Source: Trypanosoma brucei
Lineage: Eukaryota
Length of the DNA: 64,000 bases
Direction of reading: 5' to 3'
NCBI GenBank assembly: GCA_000002445.1
Contig: CP000069.1
Span: 1,312,001 to 1,376,000 of the forward strand
The translations under genes were made by a program, and so were the position numbers. How positions within the stretch are numbered: the first letter of the stretch is position 1; each line of letters starts with the position of its first letter. Shown one piece after another: positions 11,671-24,144 of the stretch. A model generated the notes under the pieces. It saw only the letters and a program-made list of their open reading frames with translations, searched no databases and was not told the DNA's origin.

Positions 11671-12622
11671 GATCAGAATGTGTCTGAGGTTGGTGTCTCG
11701 GAGGCGGTGGTGCACCTGAACGAGACAAAAGTGTTCGTGCAGCATAATAGGTTTGTCGTGAGAGATATGGCTAAGATTGGGGGGGGGAGGGAGGGAGAGG
11801 CTTTCGTTATGGTAATTTTTAATGGTGCGCCGTAGTGCCGCGAGGGCTGTGCATGAGTATTGTTTAGTCTGTCCACTTGCGTGTGGAGTCCTTTGGGTAA
11901 GTTTCCCCCTCCCCTTTTCTGTTATGAGCATATCGAGGTTTGTTCTTTAATCGTGGGAAATATACGGGAGAGAGAGAGAAAGAAGGCGTGAACAGTAGGT
12001 GTGCGAGTAAAAAAGACTCTATGGGCATGCAAAAGGCACATATAATGCAAACCTTAAGGCCACTAACCAATTGATGTTTGAGAGTATCGCACTTATGGGT
12101 AAAAGAGAACTAAGCACACGGGGATCTTCCTGTTGTCCGTAGCCTCTATTTTTAATAATAATACTATTATTATTACTGCTACTATATATTTTTTGTCTAT
12201 TGGTTTTGTAATGTATTGTTGATAATAGTCTTACTACCATCCCTTATTACTATTATTACTATTATGATTTTTGTGTAAGTTTGTGCGACTCGGTTCCGAG
12301 TCGACCGTGCGGGGCATTGCGTTACCACCTTTATTTATTTTTCGTCCTTTTCCCCCCAGAAACTATATTGTTAACGTTTGCGCTGAACGGAGGTGTGGGC
12401 CCCTTTCGAGTGGACTAGCTGCATCGCTGGCCTTCACCAATATATCATTTCTCACACCGTTTGTTTTCATTCCCTTTTCCCCGGCTTTTTTTTTTCCAAG
12501 TTTGCCCTGTGTGTCCGGACGGGAGAAGTTTCCCTGATTTATTTGTTTGTTTTTGTTTTTTCTTTTGTTTTAATTTTCTGTTGCCGTTACGGCCCTTGTG
12601 TATCTATTTTTCTTTAGCTACA

Positions 12623-15007
12623 ATGTCGGAGCCGACTACACCAATAGAACCTAACTGCCTTACATCAAGTGAGTGCGTGCGACGTGTCGCCAAATTGCTC
12701 GAGCAACTTGATGCCGCTGGCCTGCGGTATGACCCCGCGCAACCCCCAGCTCCCGATGCGGTGGAGAATATTCTTATTACGGACAAGTGGAGTTGTCGAA
12801 CCTGCGGTGCGACTGATGTGAGCACATGCCCTCATACTGGCCGCCCGCATCGCAGGTATCTTGTTCGCATCGCGCAAGACATTTTGCGGCTCATCGGTGC
12901 GAGAACTGGTCAGTTTGTCGTACGTCCGCCGAAGATGTCCAGCAGTATGGACGGGAGGTCGCGGTTGCGCAGTTTGCGTCGTGTGACGATGAACCCTCAG
13001 GCTCTTCTGTTGGCGTACTATTATGCTATTCCCTCGTGCGAAGAGGTGGATTCACTCGTTACTGAATGCGCTCAGCACTTCTTGGTTTTGTTGGGTCACC
13101 TTAATCAGTACGGAGCGCAGGGGGAAGTGAGTGGAGAGTACGCCGACGCACTTCTTTCATCGACAGCCCTCATGTGGCGTGAATACAGCAGAAGGATAGC
13201 AGAGGGACTGGACCTGTCTAAAATCACGGACCGCCAAGCTTGTAAGGATACCCTCCTTAATGCAACGAAGGAGACTTATTTGGCCGTCGCACGGGAAATC
13301 CGAATCTCTCCATCCAATGAATGTTTGAACGCGTTCCTCCAGCTTCTCCGCGTGCGCTTGGGACGTGTGGCACCGCAAGAGGATTTGGACAAACTTGAGG
13401 CGAGCGACCAGCAGCAGCAACGCTATGACGATGATGAGGAACAGGCAGAATTAAATCGCCATGGGAAGTGTAGTCTCAACAGGACCTCCCTTCTACAATC
13501 CTCCGCTCCTCCTGTTCTTCTGTCGGAGGGCAACACGAGTGGATCTGATGCAGAAGCGCCTTCGCCTGTTGCCATTGGTCCCCCGCTGCCGCCAAATTGG
13601 TACATCGACGAGCACGGCCGCTCAAGACCACCACAGGTAACTGAGGAGCAGCGTCGTAAGGAGAGGTTCTCCAGGATGGAGTTCCGTGCGAGAAAGGCGT
13701 ATGAAACGGTAATTAAAGTGCCTGAGCAGAAGGATGATCCTCTAAAGAAAGAAGTTATCGCTGCGCTGAACGATGCGCAACTCGGGATCCTTGCGGAGCA
13801 GTGCAATCAACAACCGCCGGATTTGCGTAATGTCCCCTCTTTCCTAAACCTTGTTGTTGAAGGCCTGTTGAATGCCCTTCCGCGTCGCCTGCGGTCACGT
13901 GTCGAGCAGGAGGTGCGCGACGTTTTGGATTGGAGGGTTGTGCGTCGGTCCGTAATGGGTAGTCCGGGGAACATTTCGGTCCTCACGCGGTACGTAATGG
14001 GAAAGGTAGCGCAATATGGGGCGCCGGCGAAGTCAGAGGAGACTCTGAGCCTCGCGGAGCGTATCAGTGAGGATCTGGAAAAGTGCCTCCCAGACTTGGG
14101 GACTGCAGTTGCCAACGCTTTTCGAGTCATGTTCTCTTCTATCCGCCAGCTGCACGAAGACGTAGCTCACTACTCATTACTGTATATAGCCCCCCAACTT
14201 CGGGACAATGCGGTGCCTTTTATGCGAGAGTTTATTGTTGAGTGCCTGCCGTCTGTAGAAAAGTGGGAGAGCTCACTTGCTTTTGTAAGGCGGTACTTTA
14301 ATGATGAGCGTGTAACGGCGTGGATAGCTTCGCCCGTCGCAGCGTCGCTAACAATTGTGACGGAGAGTGCAAAGCGACTCCGCGGATGTTTGGTATTTGG
14401 GCTGATAGATCTCCTGCGCAGTAGTGGTTGTCAGCCGAACGAACGGTGGCATGATTATCCGACAGAATGTTTCTTCTTTGAGAAACCGATTGTTTTTTTT
14501 GCTGCGAATGCCGTGCAGGAGTGTGCCTTGTTGCTGCTGCTCTCAGGAACGGTTTCTACTATCTTTAGAGCCAAGGGGATGGATTCTGCCACCATTAACG
14601 GTATTCTAAAGCAACTACACGACAAGTTTCGTCGTTTACTCTCCGAGCAACTGACACTCTCTCTTTTGAAGACGTGTGTAAGTGATTTGATGAGGAAAGT
14701 GCTGGTTGAAACGAAACCCGAGTGTGTTCTTACCGATGCGGAAGTTCAGCAGCTCAATGGCGCTGTCGAGAAAATGACCGACACGGGCTCCACCTTGTAC
14801 ATGACCTTCGAGAAGAGAATTATATTATTTATCGAAGCGGTTCTGGCACGCGGGGAAAATGACCCTGCACCACTTGGCCTGGTAACCGATTCCCTGAAGC
14901 AAGTTGCGGCTTTACTCCAACGCGCGCTGACTCTCAATTGGGAAGTTTATCGCCTCGTTTATGATGGATTGCTCTCTCATGTTGAGCAGCAGGAGGCGTC
15001 CGCTTAG
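12623..15007 (+). CDS. Hypothetical protein, 794 aa, no domain recognisable by eye
   Basis: The ORF track starts at TTG 12461 and reads through a pyrimidine tract (MFSFPFPRLFFF...). The first in-frame ATG is 12623-12625 (MSEPTTPIEPN...), which I checked. The body is a long GC-rich open frame. Confidence 0.5.
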   Translation: MSEPTTPIEPNCLTSSECVRRVAKLLEQLDAAGLRYDPAQPPAPDAVENILITDKWSCRTCGATDVSTCPHTGRPHRRYLVRIAQDILRLIGARTGQFVVRPPKMSSSMDGRSRLRSLRRVTMNPQALLLAYYYAIPSCEEVDSLVTECAQHFLVLLGHLNQYGAQGEVSGEYADALLSSTALMWREYSRRIAEGLDLSKITDRQACKDTLLNATKETYLAVAREIRISPSNECLNAFLQLLRVRLGRVAPQEDLDKLEASDQQQQRYDDDEEQAELNRHGKCSLNRTSLLQSSAPPVLLSEGNTSGSDAEAPSPVAIGPPLPPNWYIDEHGRSRPPQVTEEQRRKERFSRMEFRARKAYETVIKVPEQKDDPLKKEVIAALNDAQLGILAEQCNQQPPDLRNVPSFLNLVVEGLLNALPRRLRSRVEQEVRDVLDWRVVRRSVMGSPGNISVLTRYVMGKVAQYGAPAKSEETLSLAERISEDLEKCLPDLGTAVANAFRVMFSSIRQLHEDVAHYSLLYIAPQLRDNAVPFMREFIVECLPSVEKWESSLAFVRRYFNDERVTAWIASPVAASLTIVTESAKRLRGCLVFGLIDLLRSSGCQPNERWHDYPTECFFFEKPIVFFAANAVQECALLLLLSGTVSTIFRAKGMDSATINGILKQLHDKFRRLLSEQLTLSLLKTCVSDLMRKVLVETKPECVLTDAEVQQLNGAVEKMTDTGSTLYMTFEKRIILFIEAVLARGENDPAPLGLVTDSLKQVAALLQRALTLNWEVYRLVYDGLLSHVEQQEASA

Positions 15008-16289
15008 TTTTTGTGCGAAATGTAGGTGTGAGTGGGGGCGCGCGTGTGGAGATACAATACGAGCTTGCATTTGTTTCCCCTCGCTGCTATATTATTTCCG
15101 ATTTTTACTTTTCTGCACCTTCGTTTTCGTTTCCCCTCTCTGTCGTTCCTCGCTTGCTTCCCGTTTTGTGTTATGTTGCTGTCTTTTGTTTTTTTGTTTT
15201 TTGTTTTCCTATCACCAGGGGACGTACCGGAAGAGCGATCTGAAGCGAAAGCAGAAGTGTGGCCACCGCACAAGATGCGTGATGTAACATCACCAATTCT
15301 TATTGTAGTTGTATATTGAACCGTCAATGCTGCATCCGCTGTCTCCTTTGTCATTGTTCCGAGATCTACAAAAGTGTACATAACCTGGAGGAAAAAAAGA
15401 ATTCAATCAAAAAAAAAAAAGTCTCCTTACACACACCGGCGCCGCGATGAGGGAGGCCTACTTTTTTCCTACTTTTTTTTGCCGCTATCTCGATTGGTCG
15501 CTTCTTTTTATCCCTATTTATTTATTTGCTTCTCCCCTCGTTTGTATATCTTCACGTAAATGTTCGATATTTATATATATATATTTATACAATTGATATT
15601 ATACCTATGATGATTATTATTGTTATATTTTGTTGCACTTCACTATGGACGTATCGTAAGTGTGCAGTTATCGTTTGGTACAACTGCAGTCATTCCATTC
15701 GTGTTTGTTGTTGTCTTGTTTGTTTGTGTCCTCAGGCGGTTGATTTTTATTATATGAACAAACTCCATTCCGCGCGTGCTCTGAGTTTACTTCTATTTTT
15801 TGTTGTTATGTTTTATTTTCCCCCTGTTGTGCTCGCTGCTTCTATGCTTACCATTCACTATTTTCTCTCCATCTTTTTTTTTTCTCGTTTTGTATTTTTC
15901 TCCTCGTATATGTGAGCCCACTGACCAATATCAACGGGGTTAACACACACAAAAAGTATATTACACGCGGTCCAAATACGTAGCAGAGACGGAGGAAAGG
16001 AAGGGGAAAAAAATAATTAAAACGCAAACTAAAATAAAAGGGAAGGCAATATTAATAGGGGCAAAGGAATAAGTGAGGCGGGATACGTAACAACAGCAGT
16101 GCTTAATAACAATAATAATAGAACAAAGGATAACAAGAGGGGAAAGGCACCAAGAAGAGGGTGTGGAGAATATACCAACGTGGAGGTTATTCACCACGCG
16201 ATATTTTGATTTACCATAGCTTTATTATTGTTTGTTTTCTTTTTGAGGAGTTCGTGACATCTTAGCGGGTTTTGGGTCCCACAGGAATC

Positions 16290-18497
16290 ATGTACCCCCG
16301 ACACGATGATGTGAGTTTGTTTCAACGTTTTGTTAATGATCACAAATTGGAGGAGAAGGGCCTTCCTCTCTATCAACTAGCGCAGCTCGAGGGAACGGAT
16401 CAGGTCATGTTGGGAGTGGATGGTACAAAGATTATTGACATGATTACGCAGGCGGTGCGGGAAAGAGAAAAGATGGCTATTTACACCTACACCACACCTT
16501 ACACGGTGTACGAAAAAATAAATGAGTTTCGGACAATGTTTCAGTCTATCAAAAATTGTACCCCAGTTTTTGTTTTTAACGGTATCCAGTATTCTCCAGA
16601 TTCTGCTGAGGAATTTGGAAGAGAGAAGAACGTGGTACCAAGCGAAGTAGCCGCTCTCACCGGGACGGACAGCTCGAGGTTGAGTAACACGACGAATGTT
16701 CGCTTTGCGGAGATTCACAAAAAAACCGCTAACCGATTTGTTGTGGAGGAGGATGTTGAAGGACAAATTATCAGAATTTTTCGATCAGAATTCAAGAATA
16801 CCATTCGTGCTCCTTACTTAGCCTGGGCTCAACTCTCCTCCTTCCGCCACTGTAACCACCGGCACATATCTGAAGTGTATGGTTGTTTGGAGCTACTTGC
16901 CTTCCCTGGCATTGATCGTGTTGTGACAAATATCAACCCAACAAGGGGAACTTTCGATGTGGTGTATAAGGCACGGGTTCTAGAGGCAGCTCGTTTGAGT
17001 GAAGAAGATCTGAGCAGCCTAATTTTGGTCGAGAGTCGGAGTCGTGTGATGAGGACTGTCACCCTTAAGTTTTCATCACTTGAGGATATGATAAAGAAGG
17101 TTGTTCGGTATAAGGGCTCCACTATTGGGGCTTCATTTGCACAACAACTTCACGAGGAGGCGATACGAGCCAGCGAGGCAAATCGCATGCGTGCGTCCAA
17201 CCAAAGGGGCGCCGCATTTCGCAATCTCTCTGCGTTCGCAAGCCCGGTGCTAACCTTGACTCCACCCCACTGCCTTCCTCTACATTTTCTCTACGGGATT
17301 CCGGGGTTTCCTCATGCCGACGCGGAGTCCTTCGTGGGGCTTCCGCTTCCGCCCGTGTTGTATTACATCATGTCAGCAGGGTTGCTGTCTCCGAGCCTCT
17401 TTGCTGCAGTCTCGCAGGAAACTGTGGTGGATGACTGGCCGCTTGTAGACTCCATCAAGTACAGAGACGTAGCTGAAACTGTATTGCCTCTGCGGGTGCA
17501 AACGATTTACCAGCTCGCCTGGACGATGAGCCGGGGCCTCGGTTCTATCTCATGGTTTCGTCGCTACAACGTTCTCCCGGCACGCGTGAGCAAATTGCAC
17601 GTGCCCCCAGCGATCCAACTTGATGGTTGGGCACTCCATAGCGTCACCGTACCCCGTGGCCTTCACCTCGTTGACGTGATGGAGTTCGCGCATCTCGCTT
17701 GCTCAGTTGATCAGGTGATTTACAATACAATGGAGGAAACTTACGCCGCAATTCTGCTGCAGTCCCTTGACTTACTTGGTTACCTAACGCACGAAACGCA
17801 GGACTTGCACGAGGAGGGCCAGTCAAGTGAGCCGTCAACATTCGGCCGAGCGCTGCAACTGTGCAGTGTGCCCACGCTGAGTGAGTACACCGTTCTGCTT
17901 ATTGAATTGGCCCGCACGAATGCCATCTCCACCGAGCCATTCCGAATTACTACGGAAGAAGTTAGTCCGCGCGATACCCCTCGTGATATTGTTTTCGCCA
18001 GCCGTGTTTTGTCCATTATTCCTTTGAATGTATCGGGACCTTGGACGGCACCCATCGACGCAGAATTAGCAGCCTTCAGTATGCTGTCGCGCATGATTTC
18101 TCGCTCGATACGCCAGCTCCTTGAGGCGATTACTACGTTGATGTTCTCAAAAGGGAGGACACACGTACCTTTGCACAGGATAGGCGAGATCCAGCGGCTT
18201 CTTCCCTTCTCCACGCCTGTTGAGTTTGGTTGCGGTGTGCTTGTTGAATACATGCTCATGAAGGATAAATGTACCCTAAAGGATCTTGAGGAGGCATTTC
18301 CTGAATGCACTTACCTCCGCCACGACCTCGCAACTCTTTTCTACTTCTGGGATCTGGCAGTGCAAGTGCTTCAGCGCATTGAAACGAAGGAAAACTTTTG
18401 CGTTGACCAGCATTGTCTTTCAAGCGCTAATGAGCGAATGAAGAGAGCCCAGAAGAATCTTAACATCCTCACGGGAGTGCGAGAAACATATTATTGA
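16290..18497 (+). CDS. MKT1: MKT1-like protein, 735 aa, with a degenerate XPG-N/PIN-like N-terminal region; a putative post-transcriptional regulator
   Basis: The ORF track starts at TTG 16272. The first ATG is 16290-16292 (MYPRHDDVSLFQRF...), which I checked. The N-terminal motif TPVFVFNGIQYSPD resembles the (K)PVFVFDG signature of XPG-N/PIN domains, which MKT1 proteins retain in degenerate form. The size and the position next to DNA ligase I match my recollection of the T. brucei chromosome 6 MKT1 locus. The identification is partly from memory and not verified. Confidence 0.5.
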   Translation: MYPRHDDVSLFQRFVNDHKLEEKGLPLYQLAQLEGTDQVMLGVDGTKIIDMITQAVREREKMAIYTYTTPYTVYEKINEFRTMFQSIKNCTPVFVFNGIQYSPDSAEEFGREKNVVPSEVAALTGTDSSRLSNTTNVRFAEIHKKTANRFVVEEDVEGQIIRIFRSEFKNTIRAPYLAWAQLSSFRHCNHRHISEVYGCLELLAFPGIDRVVTNINPTRGTFDVVYKARVLEAARLSEEDLSSLILVESRSRVMRTVTLKFSSLEDMIKKVVRYKGSTIGASFAQQLHEEAIRASEANRMRASNQRGAAFRNLSAFASPVLTLTPPHCLPLHFLYGIPGFPHADAESFVGLPLPPVLYYIMSAGLLSPSLFAAVSQETVVDDWPLVDSIKYRDVAETVLPLRVQTIYQLAWTMSRGLGSISWFRRYNVLPARVSKLHVPPAIQLDGWALHSVTVPRGLHLVDVMEFAHLACSVDQVIYNTMEETYAAILLQSLDLLGYLTHETQDLHEEGQSSEPSTFGRALQLCSVPTLSEYTVLLIELARTNAISTEPFRITTEEVSPRDTPRDIVFASRVLSIIPLNVSGPWTAPIDAELAAFSMLSRMISRSIRQLLEAITTLMFSKGRTHVPLHRIGEIQRLLPFSTPVEFGCGVLVEYMLMKDKCTLKDLEEAFPECTYLRHDLATLFYFWDLAVQVLQRIETKENFCVDQHCLSSANERMKRAQKNLNILTGVRETYY

Positions 18498-21400
18498 GGT
18501 ACCGAAGTAGTGGTGTACACCCCTTTACCCACTACTCCTAAAGGTGTCTCGGAGTTTTTAACGCTCCTTGTTGAGCGGAGCCAAGTATTAGCGTAAAGAT
18601 GGAAAAGGGCAGAGAAAGAAAAAAGGAAAAGAACATTGATTGTGACCAAAGACACGATAATTAAAAATTTTTTTTTTTGATAGAGAGCATGACGAAATAT
18701 CGGGTGGGAGGGTAAGAAAAGAAAAAAAAAGAAGAAAGGGGAAGAATTGAAGTTGCGGGAACATAAAATAAGGGATCACGTAGAAAACAGGTAAATGAAA
18801 AGAATATCCACCATACCCAACAGCAAACAATTATATATATATATATATATATTAAATGGCAATCAGAAGTTTGAAGGGGGTAAATGAACCGAGAAGGAAA
18901 GGAAAGAACGAAAAAGAAAAGAAACCCGATGGGGGGGGGTGAATAATAACGACGAAGGCGGAAGGCGGAGGAGGAGGGGGAAGAAGAAGAGAATTTTAAT
19001 GAAGTTGCGGAATGAGAAAGAAAAAGCGGGAGTTGGGAGCGAGCGAAAGAGTGGTTGAAAGGAGGGGGAAAATGCAAGAAAAAAACTCCTGTTTAATTAT
19101 GATTGAGAGGAAGGGGATATGTCTCATGTGTGACGCCTTTTTCGGTTTTTTGACATGTTGAAATGAGATGTGGTTGAACTTTGGCCGTTTTGCTTCTTCC
19201 TTTTCCTTTCCTTTATTTCCATTTAATCCTCTTCCCGCTGTTTGTCGTCTCCCTACGCATAGTAGGGTCATATTTTCATTTTTCTCTCTCCCCCACTCGC
19301 ACGGTACGGTTTCTTTTTCCCTTTCTTTCCTGGTATGTGTGCTATTTTTATTGTTGTTATTATTATTATAATTACTGTTGTTTGGTATTCATCGACTTGT
19401 ACTCCTTGTGGTTATTTCTATATTTCTATATTTCTATATGCATATATATATATATATATATTTGTGTGTGTGTGTGTGTGTGTGTACGTTTCGTTGTCGT
19501 GTTTTGTGCTGCTTTGTTACTTCCCCTCATTTGTTGTTGCCCCCCCCCGTCCCTGCTCCTTTTTGTGACTTTTTGTTTTTTTAAATATATTTTCGTTGTT
19601 TGTTGGCCTGAATCTGCCGCAGCACAATGTGCGGCAGGAAATTCTTTCTTGAATTTTTTTCTCTTCCCTTATTTCTGTTGTTAATCACTAAAGGAACGGG
19701 AAGTGTGTCAGTTACTTTTTTCTTTGTGTTTTCTTTTTTTTTTTTTGACGAAGGAGCTTGGAATGATATTTTTGCAAGAAAAAAAAAGAAAAAAATTAAA
19801 ATAGGAGTAGGAGGATGAGAAAATGATAGAGGGATTTTGTGGCAGCTGTAATGTGTTGGTGTAGGCTTACTAAAGGGACCACTGTAGTTATTTGGTTTAA
19901 GACGGAAGGAAGCACGCAAAGCAAAGGAAAAAGGGTGAAAACGGGGGAGGGGGGAGGGGAGAAAATGAAAGAGAGAGAGAGAAAAAAAAAGACAAGTTGC
20001 TGCGGCAGAGATATTCTTTTTTTCTTTTTCTTTTTTTTTTGTCGTTCCTCCTTTTTTTTTTTTGGTGAGTGAGGCGAGGAAGGTGGTGATCGATTAGATG
20101 TGTTTGAATAAACATGCGCAACCACCTGCTTCCACACGTCCATGCTTGTTTACGCATATTATATTGTTATATATGTGCATAAACTCTGGGTTTCTTGATC
20201 TTACCATACCATGCCATACCGTGCCTTACCTTATCTTATCTTATTTTTATTTTATTTTGTTTTTTGTTTTTGGTTATTGTTGAGGGGTGTGGGACACGCT
20301 ACGAAAGGCGATTTGTAGTTTTTTTTGTTTAATTCTCTTTTTTCTTTTTTGTGTTTGTTTGTTTGTTTGTTGTCCACCCTTCTTTCTTTCTTTTTGTTTT
20401 GTTTTTGTTGTTGTATTTTTCAATCTTCTTTCGCTGAAAGATGTGGTTATTTTCAGGATAGGGAGAGAGGAAAGATTACGCATTAAGATATTTATATTGT
20501 TAATACATAGAGAGATAGTGTTTTTTTTTTAAATTTTCCACCTTCTCCTCCTCCTCCTCCTCATTTGTTGGTGCTGGAGAGAAGAGGAAAGGGGGGGGGT
20601 GGTGGTGTAAAGATTGGTGGGAGAGGTAAATACAGACACGAAAAAGAATAAAAAAAAATGAAAAGAAGGAACGAAGAGCGTATGAAGTTGAATTTAAGTT
20701 GAAGTCTGAGAGGAAATGTGTTTTGTGTTTGTGTGTGCGCATATGTGAGATGACGCCAAAGGGGAATGCGAAGGGATGAATGGAATGGGATTAAATTAAA
20801 GGAAATGAAATGAAACGTGGGGTTTGTTTTGCAGCAGCGTACCAAACATGGAGGCGAGCGGTTTATCTTATGGAAGGAAGGTGTTTGGGGTCAGGGAGGA
20901 GAAGGAAAAGAAAAAAAAACAGGGAGGGGTACCAAAGGGAAATGTGGTGAATATTTATACATATATTTATATATACACATACATACATATATATGTATGT
21001 GTATCTTGCCATTATTTTTGAATACGCTTGGGGTTGTCAATCGCTGTGTGAGGGAAATCATGCAATGAAATGAGTAAGGTTGCATATGCGTGAATGTAGT
21101 GACTTGTAGTCAAGAGGAGGAGTACTTATATCAAAATTAGATTTGTTCTCTTCCATTGCCACAATGTGCTGCAGACGACTGAGGTGAAGGTCTTGATTTG
21201 CTTGAGCCTATTTCCCTTTTTTTTTTTGATTGATTGATTTTACTTTTTCTTTTTCTTTCCTCCATCCTTTTCGGCCTTTTCGTCTCTATTCCCTTCCCTT
21301 CATTTGCATCCGTCTGTAGTCGTGCTCAGCACAGACGGCGCCTCGCTTTCGACGTGTCCATGCGGTATGATTGACGGGAACGTGTCAGAGGATACACACA

Positions 21401-22044
21401 CGAAAAAACAACAACAACAAGAACAACAACAGCAGCCGAAGAGCTAAGCAAAAGAAAAAAAAAAGAAGCACACAAACTCACATATAAAAGAGAAGGAAAT
21501 AAATGTGTGAGAGGTGTTTGTGCTGAAGCCGGGTGCAGATTCTGATGGTTTCGTCGCGGCAGAGGATGGAGGAGGAATGTTGCGGACGCTAAATATCTTT
21601 TTGACGGCCTCTATTCTTTACGTTTCTTTACGTTTCTTCTTTTTTTTTTTTTGATTCCCTTTCTTTCACTTTTTTTTTTTCTTGCAGCCACTTTTCTTCC
21701 TTTGTTTTTCTACCCCTTTCGTTTTTTGTTGTGGTACTAGTGGTTAAGTTTGTTTCTTTGTGTCAACTTTGTTTCTTTTTCTTCCCGTTTTGCGTGTTGG
21801 CAACTGGTAATACCGGTAGCGGCCGTGTGTGCCTTCAAACCGCACCTCTGAAACCATTTCGCTGAAGGTAAATTATGTTTCTTTCTTTTCTCTCAACTTG
21901 CTGATGATGATCATGTCGCGAGCCACAGACTTCATTTTGTTGTCCTATTTCTTTTTTTTAAAATTATTTTCTACATCTTTATGCCTCTTATTTTCAATCA
22001 ATGCCGGGGTAGTCCCTCCCCTCCCACAGTGCAAGCACTTAACA

Positions 22045-24144
22045 ATGGTAAGTGGACCTACAGCTACTGCGGTTGTGCAACATAAGCGGATTCGTGAGGA
22101 TGAAGATGACATTTTCGATGGGGAGCGGGATGATGAAATGTCAGCCGGTTGTGTTAATATGGCAAAGATATTTTTACGTACACCACCGGATCCATACGGC
22201 GGCTGTCATGCATCGGTATGGCCTCGACCTCAAGAGAACCAAAAGCAGGGGCCGGACACTGTTCCTTATGCCGCTGTTGCGGATACTCTTGCGGATATTA
22301 GCGCGGAGAGTTCAAGGTTGGAGTGCATTCGACTCCTTTCAAACTTTCTCGTGGCTGTCATACAACGCAATCCAATAGATTTGGTTCCTGTTGTTTATCT
22401 CGTAATAAACAAGCAAGGGCCAGCCCATGAGGGGATAGAACTTGGTGTCGGCGATGCTCTGCTACTGAAAGTTGTTGCGGAATGTTGTGGCATAACGGAA
22501 GCACGTGCGAAGGAGGAATATAGACAAACTGGCGACTTGGCCGAGGTGGCACAGAGCAAAAAGCGCATACAATCCACCCTTGTGAAACCCAAGCGCTTGA
22601 CTGCACTAGCAGTGTTTCAGGCGTTGCGTGAAATTGCCCTCATGAGTGGGAAAGATGTGGCACGGCGCCGTGGTGACGTAATAAAGAGGCTCCTTCGTGA
22701 TGCCGTGGGTCCCGAGGTCAACTTGATTGTTCGAGCTTTGCAGCAGAAGATGCGTGTGGGGCTAGCGGAGACTTCTGTTCTTGCAGCTGTCGGTTACGCC
22801 TTTGCTATGAGCAACATTGGCGTTGCAAAAATACCATCTCTTACCCCAGAACAGCTGCAAAGGGAATTAAACGTTGGTGCGGCTAATCTCACTCGTACAT
22901 ACAATGAAGTTCCCTGTCTTGACGTTGTTTTGGCTGCTGTGTTGCAGCACGGCCTTGAAGTGATTGTTCCGACGTCTGCGGAAGCGAATATGCATGCGCG
23001 TGCCCTCTCCGTTCGCCCCGGTATTCCAGTGAAACCGCAACTTGCCCACCCAACCAGTGGTGTAAGTGTTATTTTGGATCGATTTAATGGCAAAGCATTC
23101 ACCTCTGAATACAAGTATGATGGTGAGCGGGCTCAAATTCACTATACGAGGAGTAGTGGAGTTCAGATCTTTTCACGCAACTCTGAAACAAACACGAGCA
23201 AGTACCCCGATATTATATCTATGCTTCCTGAAGCGTTTTCGGTTGACACCGTTGATTCTTTCATAATTGATGCTGAAGTGGTGGCGGTGGACAAGGTGAC
23301 TGGTGCTTTACAGGCTTTTCAGGTGCTACAACATCGGGGACGGAAAAACGTTTCGTTTGACAACGTTAAGGTTCCCGTATGCGTGTTCGCTTTTGACATT
23401 TTGTACTTCAATGGTGAACCACAGATGTCGAAGACGCTTTCCCAGCGCAGAGAAGTGCTCCACACCCATTTTAAACCAGTTTCCACGAAGTTTCGGTTTG
23501 CCGAGTACCTGGACAGCAATGATGTGGATGACATTCAGGCCTTCCTGGATCGCGCCATAAGAGATGGGACGGAGGGACTTATGGTGAAGACGCTCGAAGA
23601 GGAGTCGACGTATGTGCCAGCAAAACGTTCGCACTACTGGCTGAAACTCAAAAAAGATTATATGGATGGTGTTACCGATACGCTTGACCTCGTTCCCATT
23701 GGTGCATACTACGGGAAAGGGAAACGCACCGGTGTTTTTGGTGGATTTCTTCTCGCATGCTACGACGGTGAGGGTGACGAGTATCAGAGTATATGCAAGA
23801 TTGGAACTGGGTTTCAGGACGATCAGCTTGAGGCCATCACCAAATCACTCCAACCATCTATATTGGATGAACAACCGCGCTACTACCGCACTGAAGATAA
23901 GCCGGATGTGTGGTTTCAGGCATCGCAAGTGTGGGAAGTGAAGGCTGCTGATCTTTCTATATCCCCTGCCCATTTCGCTGCATATGGGTTAGTAGATGCT
24001 TCAAAGGGAATTGCACTGCGGTTTCCGCGGTTTATTCGCGTGCGTGAGGACAAGAAGGTGCATGAGGCCACATCGGCTGCACAGGTTGCAGAGATGTACC
24101 ACAATCAATCGCTCGCTCAAAGGGGTGTGGGCGATATGGAGTAA
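22045..24144 (+). CDS. LIG1: ATP-dependent DNA ligase I, 699 aa
   Basis: The ORF track starts at 21829 and reads through a T-rich tract. I chose ATG 22045-22047 (MVSGPTATAVVQHKRIRED...), which I checked. The nucleotidyl-transferase motif I KYDGERAQIH (KxDGxR) is present. So are the EGLMVK motif, DLVPIGAYYGKGKRTGVFGGFLLACYD, and a C-terminal OB-fold region (WEVKAADLSISP...GIALRFPRFIRVREDK) typical of eukaryotic Lig I. Confidence 0.85.
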   Translation: MVSGPTATAVVQHKRIREDEDDIFDGERDDEMSAGCVNMAKIFLRTPPDPYGGCHASVWPRPQENQKQGPDTVPYAAVADTLADISAESSRLECIRLLSNFLVAVIQRNPIDLVPVVYLVINKQGPAHEGIELGVGDALLLKVVAECCGITEARAKEEYRQTGDLAEVAQSKKRIQSTLVKPKRLTALAVFQALREIALMSGKDVARRRGDVIKRLLRDAVGPEVNLIVRALQQKMRVGLAETSVLAAVGYAFAMSNIGVAKIPSLTPEQLQRELNVGAANLTRTYNEVPCLDVVLAAVLQHGLEVIVPTSAEANMHARALSVRPGIPVKPQLAHPTSGVSVILDRFNGKAFTSEYKYDGERAQIHYTRSSGVQIFSRNSETNTSKYPDIISMLPEAFSVDTVDSFIIDAEVVAVDKVTGALQAFQVLQHRGRKNVSFDNVKVPVCVFAFDILYFNGEPQMSKTLSQRREVLHTHFKPVSTKFRFAEYLDSNDVDDIQAFLDRAIRDGTEGLMVKTLEEESTYVPAKRSHYWLKLKKDYMDGVTDTLDLVPIGAYYGKGKRTGVFGGFLLACYDGEGDEYQSICKIGTGFQDDQLEAITKSLQPSILDEQPRYYRTEDKPDVWFQASQVWEVKAADLSISPAHFAAYGLVDASKGIALRFPRFIRVREDKKVHEATSAAQVAEMYHNQSLAQRGVGDME

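Noticed and set aside
12461-12622. N-terminal extensions proposed by the ORF track (for example 12461, 21829, 27064, 54032, 58868, 60000)
   Set aside because: Checking the sequence shows many track starts are TTG or GTG codons (bacterial-style alternative starts), and the extensions translate pyrimidine tracts. Kinetoplastid nuclear genes start at ATG downstream of the trans-splice site. I moved the starts to the first plausible ATG.
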